From Methanothrix sp. (GTDB lineage: Archaea; Halobacteriota; Methanosarcinia; Methanotrichales; Methanotrichaceae): a DNA stretch of 64,000 bases. Below are positions 63,107 to 64,000 of the stretch, in pieces. Positions within the stretch are counted from its first letter, which is position 1; each line of letters starts with the position of its first letter. Both the position numbers and the translations under genes were made by a program. The stretch spans positions 2,979,342 to 3,043,341 of the forward strand of contig OY821645.1 of NCBI GenBank assembly GCA_963682135.1, written 5' to 3'. The notes under the pieces are model-generated. The model was not told the origin of the DNA. It saw only the letters and a program-made list of their open reading frames with translations, and searched no databases.

Positions 63107-64000
63107 TCATCTGAACATTGCCAGCATCTCATAGACCCCTTCCGCGCTTCTCTTGCTCACATCAAATCCCATCTTTCTAAAGAGCCGGAAGACAGGATCA
63201 TTGCCAACCAGAACCTCTGCCGTGAAGCCCAGGATTCCCTGCCTCTTGGCAAGATAAGTCAGATAGCTGAGCAGTTCACCGGCAACACCCTTCTTCTGGC
63301 AGTCGTCCCTCACCACCAAAGCTACATCAGCTGTGTACGTATCGCTGTTCAAGCCGTACTGGCCAAGTCCGCAGATCGATTCCCTGTCACCTTCCTGCAT
63401 TACGGCTACCAGTATCATCTTCTGGAAGTAGTCCACCACCACAAACTCTTGCAGCAATTCATGGGGAATGTCTCTCCTGGCTGAGATGAACCTCTGATAC
63501 ATGCTTTCATCAGATAGTGAGTAAAAGAAATCCTTGAGCATCGGCTCATCACTGATCTTGACCGGCCGCAGCAGAAGCTGCAAACCCTTGCCGGTAGTCT
63601 TCAAAACCTCCAGATCCGCAGGATACTCGCCTTTTATGCCGGGAATGAAGGCCTGATCCGGATAGATGAGATAGAGCCTCCTGGCCTCCTCTATCAGCCA
63701 GAGCCGGAAATCTGGATGAGCGATGGTGATCAGATCCATGGCCCTCTCTCGAATACTCTTGCCATGTAAGTAAGCAATACCATATTCAGTTACAACATAG
63801 TGAATATCGCCTCTTGTTAAGGTGACTGCCGCCCCCTCACTCAGGAATGGCACAATCCTGGAGACGAGCGGTCCTCTTGAGGATAGATCCTCCCCCATCT
63901 TTCGCGCCGTGGAGGCCGTGGAGGGCAGAGCGATAATGGTCTTTCCACCAGGCGCAAGGGCCGCTCCTCGCATGAAATCCGCCTGGCCGCCGATACCGCT
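63107..64000 (-). CDS. Acetyl-CoA hydrolase/transferase C-terminal domain fused to GNAT acetyltransferase, 5'-truncated by window edge
   Basis: GIGGQADFMRGA, IALPST, YVVTEYG, IAHPDFR then LRPVKISD…YQRF, QKKGVA acetyl-CoA loop. Confidence 0.88.
   Translation of the reverse strand, partial: SGIGGQADFMRGAALAPGGKTIIALPSTASTARKMGEDLSSRGPLVSRIVPFLSEGAAVTLTRGDIHYVVTEYGIAYLHGKSIRERAMDLITIAHPDFRLWLIEEARRLYLIYPDQAFIPGIKGEYPADLEVLKTTGKGLQLLLRPVKISDEPMLKDFFYSLSDESMYQRFISARRDIPHELLQEFVVVDYFQKMILVAVMQEGDRESICGLGQYGLNSDTYTADVALVVRDDCQKKGVAGELLSYLTYLAKRQGILGFTAEVLVGNDPVFRLFRKMGFDVSKRSAEGVYEMLAMFR

Overview
Archaeal chromosomal segment from a Methanothrix (Methanosaeta)-like acetoclastic methanogen; the 16S gene carries GCTAGGTGTCGGCCACGGTGCGA, the MX825 probe target. 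The window holds a full rRNA operon (16S-tRNA-Ala-23S-5S) with tandem promoters, BHB processing stems and a mini-tRNA-like element before 5S. It also holds a proteostasis cluster (HSR1/ArsR-like regulator, Cdc48, LonB, TldD), a second Cdc48, PAN and many housekeeping genes (pscS, glgP, purP, mat, thiME, folD/glyA, iscS, pncA). Two loci stand out. (1) A HydABC/NuoEFG-like three-gene operon in which the catalytic domain of the third subunit is replaced by an F420-binding FrhB-type domain and the NuoF nucleotide pocket has an NADP(H)-type substitution: a candidate F420/NAD(P)H/ferredoxin (possibly bifurcating) oxidoreductase. (2) A small defence-like islet after the rRNA operon: a 110-aa protein coupled to a CHAT protease-STAND NTPase-TPR protein with seven 120-bp near-identical repeats, a hicA remnant, and an IS110 whose left end looks like a bridge RNA. 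A ~100-bp IS200/IS605-end-like palindromic element occurs twice. All calls come from reading motifs by eye; no searches were run.
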